From contig OY740804.1 in assembly GCA_963514005.1 (NCBI GenBank), positions 5,270,001 to 5,334,000 of the forward strand: a DNA stretch of 64,000 nt, given 5' to 3'. Shown one piece after another: positions 61,557 to 64,000 of the stretch. A program made the position numbers and the translations under genes. The DNA comes from Raja brachyura (Eukaryota). Positions within the stretch are counted from its first letter, which is position 1, and each line of letters begins with the position of its first letter. Under the pieces are notes generated by a model. It did not search any database. It was not told where the DNA came from and saw only the letters and a program-made list of their open reading frames with translations.

Positions 61557-61623
61557 CTTAGATTTCCCTGATGAATTGTTTCCTGAAGTTCAGGAGGTAT
61601 CGTAGGTGGTTGTGTTGTCGGAC
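61557..61623 (-). CDS. Probable stalk exon of a fourth, minus-strand receptor gene (PTTQPPTIPPELQETIHQGNL)
   Basis: Minus-strand tgtttttcag acceptor and AG/gtaata donor; Pro/Thr-rich; phase 1 to 2 like the stalk exons of genes 1 and 2. Upstream exons would lie beyond the window. Confidence 0.6.
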
Positions 61624-62211
61624 CTGAAAAACAATCGCACATTATGCACTTTACAGTTTGTATACGTTTATATCCAACACGCTGTATATATAGAGATAAC
61701 ATTTTGTCTTTGTCCTTTGGAAAAGTTGATCCAACATTCTGTGATGGAACCTACACAGAGTTTATTGTGGTTTAATTTAGTTTAGAGATGCAGCACGGAA
61801 ACACCATGGCCTCACTGAGTCCACGCCGACCATTTGTGACATTTGTGACCAACAGTTTCTGACGACTCTAAGAGAATCTATGATTTGACCATAGATTCAA
61901 AAATTGTAATAAAACATCTGAGTATTTCTTATTTACAAGCATTATATCAATCCTTTCTAATAAGGAAAGACACAAAATGCTGGAGTTCTTAGCAGATTAG
62001 GCAACATCTCTGGATGGTTGGCGACGTTATGAGATGGGACCATTCTTCAGCCTGAAAGCTCGTTTGGAGATACATCGTGGAAACAGGCCCTTCCGCCCAC
62101 CGAGTCCTTGCTGACCAGCAATCACCCCATATACTAGTGCGATCCTACATACTGGGGACATTATATATTATATAAATGGTGTTACCTGCCTCCAAGTTAA
62201 AGGGGGAGCAG

Positions 62212-64000
62212 TGTGATGTATGTGATATAATTAGCATACGTTATGTCTTGTGCGAGGGGACGCATGCGCTGGGGGAGACTCAAGGAGGCGTCCAGGAATA
62301 AAGAAGCTTGGTAGTTTACTGCTGTATCTGAGTGTTCTGTTAAGTCAGTTCCAAGCACCCAAATACACTACAATTGGCGACGAGGATGGGATGGGGTTTG
62401 TAAACTCACCCACAGGACTGTTTTGCGTCACGCAGGATTGTTTAACAGTTTAAACTGTAGATACGGAGTTGTGTCACAGTTGTTTGCGAGCTGGACAAGA
62501 GAGCTGGACAAGAGAGGCCTACAGATCCCTCTAAGCATGGGACTGTAGTTTAAAACATCAGCTGTACAAGTCGGCGAGTTTGTCAGGCTATCTCTATGTT
62601 GTGTCTACGTGGCAAGATGTTGTCCTTCGGATTGTTACACATTTTAGACTGAGTTTTTTTTGTCGAATTCCTCAAACTGAATAATCTTTGTACAGCTAAG
62701 TTTTAGGTGAATTGTTACACCAAAACACACAACAAGGATAACGAGGCAACGAGGATAAAAGAACAGAAAAGAACAAAGAAGAAGGGCTGTCAAGAGACCA
62801 AAAAAAGTTAAAAAGAAGAGATTGTGTTTGGAAACAAAGTGGAACGGCACTAAGCAAAAAGATTTGGCGCCAAATGGTTTTGAATTGGTGCCAAAGAAAA
62901 GAGAGGTCGGAACAGGAAGCAAGGAAAACAAGTGGAGTAGTAAGTGTCACCGAAGAACGCAGCCGAAAGCTGGAAGCCTAACCAGCAGGACAGCGACGGT
63001 GTCAACTTACCTGGAACGCTTTCCAGGGCCGTGTAGCCACGGCAATGGAGCAGAAGAGGCACAGCAGCCGCCACCGACTTCGGGTGAGCTCCAGGGCCGT
63101 GTACCGTGTTGGCCACGCAAGAGAAGCGGACCAGCCGAGTGAGAGAGCCGACCGCGAGAGAGAAGCGGACCAGGCCCCGCGAGGGAAGCGGGACACAGCA
63201 CACAGTCGCAAGAGACGGCCAAGAGTGGGGAAAGCCCGAACGTGAGAGGAAATTCGGCCCCGAGCGAACAGTGGGTCCATGCGAGAGAAGCAGGACACAG
63301 CACTCAAGCACTTCAGCCCGGTCGGGAGCAGAGTAAAGGGCCTGTCCTACAAGCATGCAACTCTATGCGATGAACGCGATCAAACTAGAAGCGGGGGCCA
63401 CGCGGAGGTCTGGTGATTCCCTGTACAGGGCCATTCCCACCACCATGCGCCTGCATGCGGCCAGCGCGACCAAACCGGCAGCAGGGGCCGCGTGGAGGTC
63501 GAGTGAGTGGCGCAACGCGGCGCAAAGTGAGGCGAACTTGGAGCGACGTCTAAAGTAAGTTCGCCAGGACAGAGAGGGGCACACAGAGAGGGACACAGAT
63601 GCACACACACACACAGGGCCATGGAGCCACACACATAGAGGGTCACGGAGGCACCTACAGATAGGTTCACGGAGGCACGATGTCGGGGCGGTGTGTAATG
63701 CGTGGAGGCGACTGCGATCCGACAAGCCGTTGCCGCACGGAATTTTTGAACATAGTCAGTTTTTCGGAGCCCCGCGCGATGTCGGGACGAACTCCGCACA
63801 ATTCCGCACGGCCCCGGCGATCGAAGTGGGACCGGCCCCGCGACGCCGGACGGCTCAAGCGACCACGTTAGGTCGCGCTAATCGCATAGAGGTGCATGCT
63901 GGTGGGACAGGCCCTTAAGCCCGGTCGTGGGAGAAAGCAGAGAAAGCCTGGTCGCGAGAGAAAGCCGGCCGAGAGAGAGAGAGAAGCAGGTCTGCGTGAG
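62212..64000 (+). mobile_element. Gypsy-type LTR element 5' portion (LTR 62212-62372, PBS 62375-62392, non-coding-looking internal region), runs off the window
   Basis: TGT...ACA LTR containing AATAAA, followed by TGGCGACGAGGATGGGAT (18 nt complementary to the tRNA-Ser(GCT) 3' end, from recall). Confidence 0.75.
63337..63915. mobile_element. PIF/Harbinger-type MITE
   Basis: TIR AGGGCCTGTCC(T/C)AC with ~50-bp imperfect arms; TAA TSD (63334-36, 63916-18). Confidence 0.85.

Noticed and set aside
62644-63918. Many overlapping ORFs near the window end
   Set aside because: They lie in an LTR element internal region and a Harbinger MITE; no gag or pol motifs recognised.
1-64000. CRISPR arrays or prokaryote-type systems
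   Set aside because: No regularly spaced repeat-spacer arrays; the sequence is intron-rich vertebrate DNA and its recurring palindromes are retroelement-derived.

Overview
This is repeat-dense vertebrate genomic DNA, most likely from a cartilaginous fish (skate/ray). That assignment is inferred from abundant HE1-like V-SINEs, CR1/HER1-type LINE fragments and Penelope remnants. Reading splice sites and phases by hand gives a tandem cluster of CD300/pIgR/TREM-family (MDIR-like) Ig-V receptor genes. Gene 1 (+, 460-20549, 6 exons, 322 aa) has one IgV, a mucin stalk, a TM and an ITIM tail. Gene 2 (+, 28061-37896, 7 exons, about 345 aa) has two IgV domains, a TM and an ITIM tail. Downstream are a dead duplicate of the gene 2 promoter/leader (ATG>ATA), an orphan Arg-containing activating-type TM exon (43001-43112), and probable 3' exons of a fourth receptor on the minus strand. 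The rest is transposons: a gag-deleted Gypsy element, Rex1, CR1, L2 and L1 fragments, a Tc1 element, hAT and Harbinger MITEs, and a second LTR element at the window end. Four observations stand out. (1) The Gypsy primer-binding site extends to about 45 nt of tRNA-Leu with an A>T change exactly at tRNA position 58, consistent with a fossil of RT read-through of m1A58 coupled to gag deletion. (2) A 52-nt Penelope-derived fragment plus a 17-nt duplication sits in frame in the gene 1 stalk exon and adds an N-glycosylation sequon. (3) The Penelope-derived fold-back repeats carry minimal hammerhead ribozyme motifs. (4) The orphan activating TM exon is splice-phase compatible with the inhibitory genes. 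All gene models are manual predictions without transcript data, and most repeat boundaries are approximate unless a TSD is quoted.
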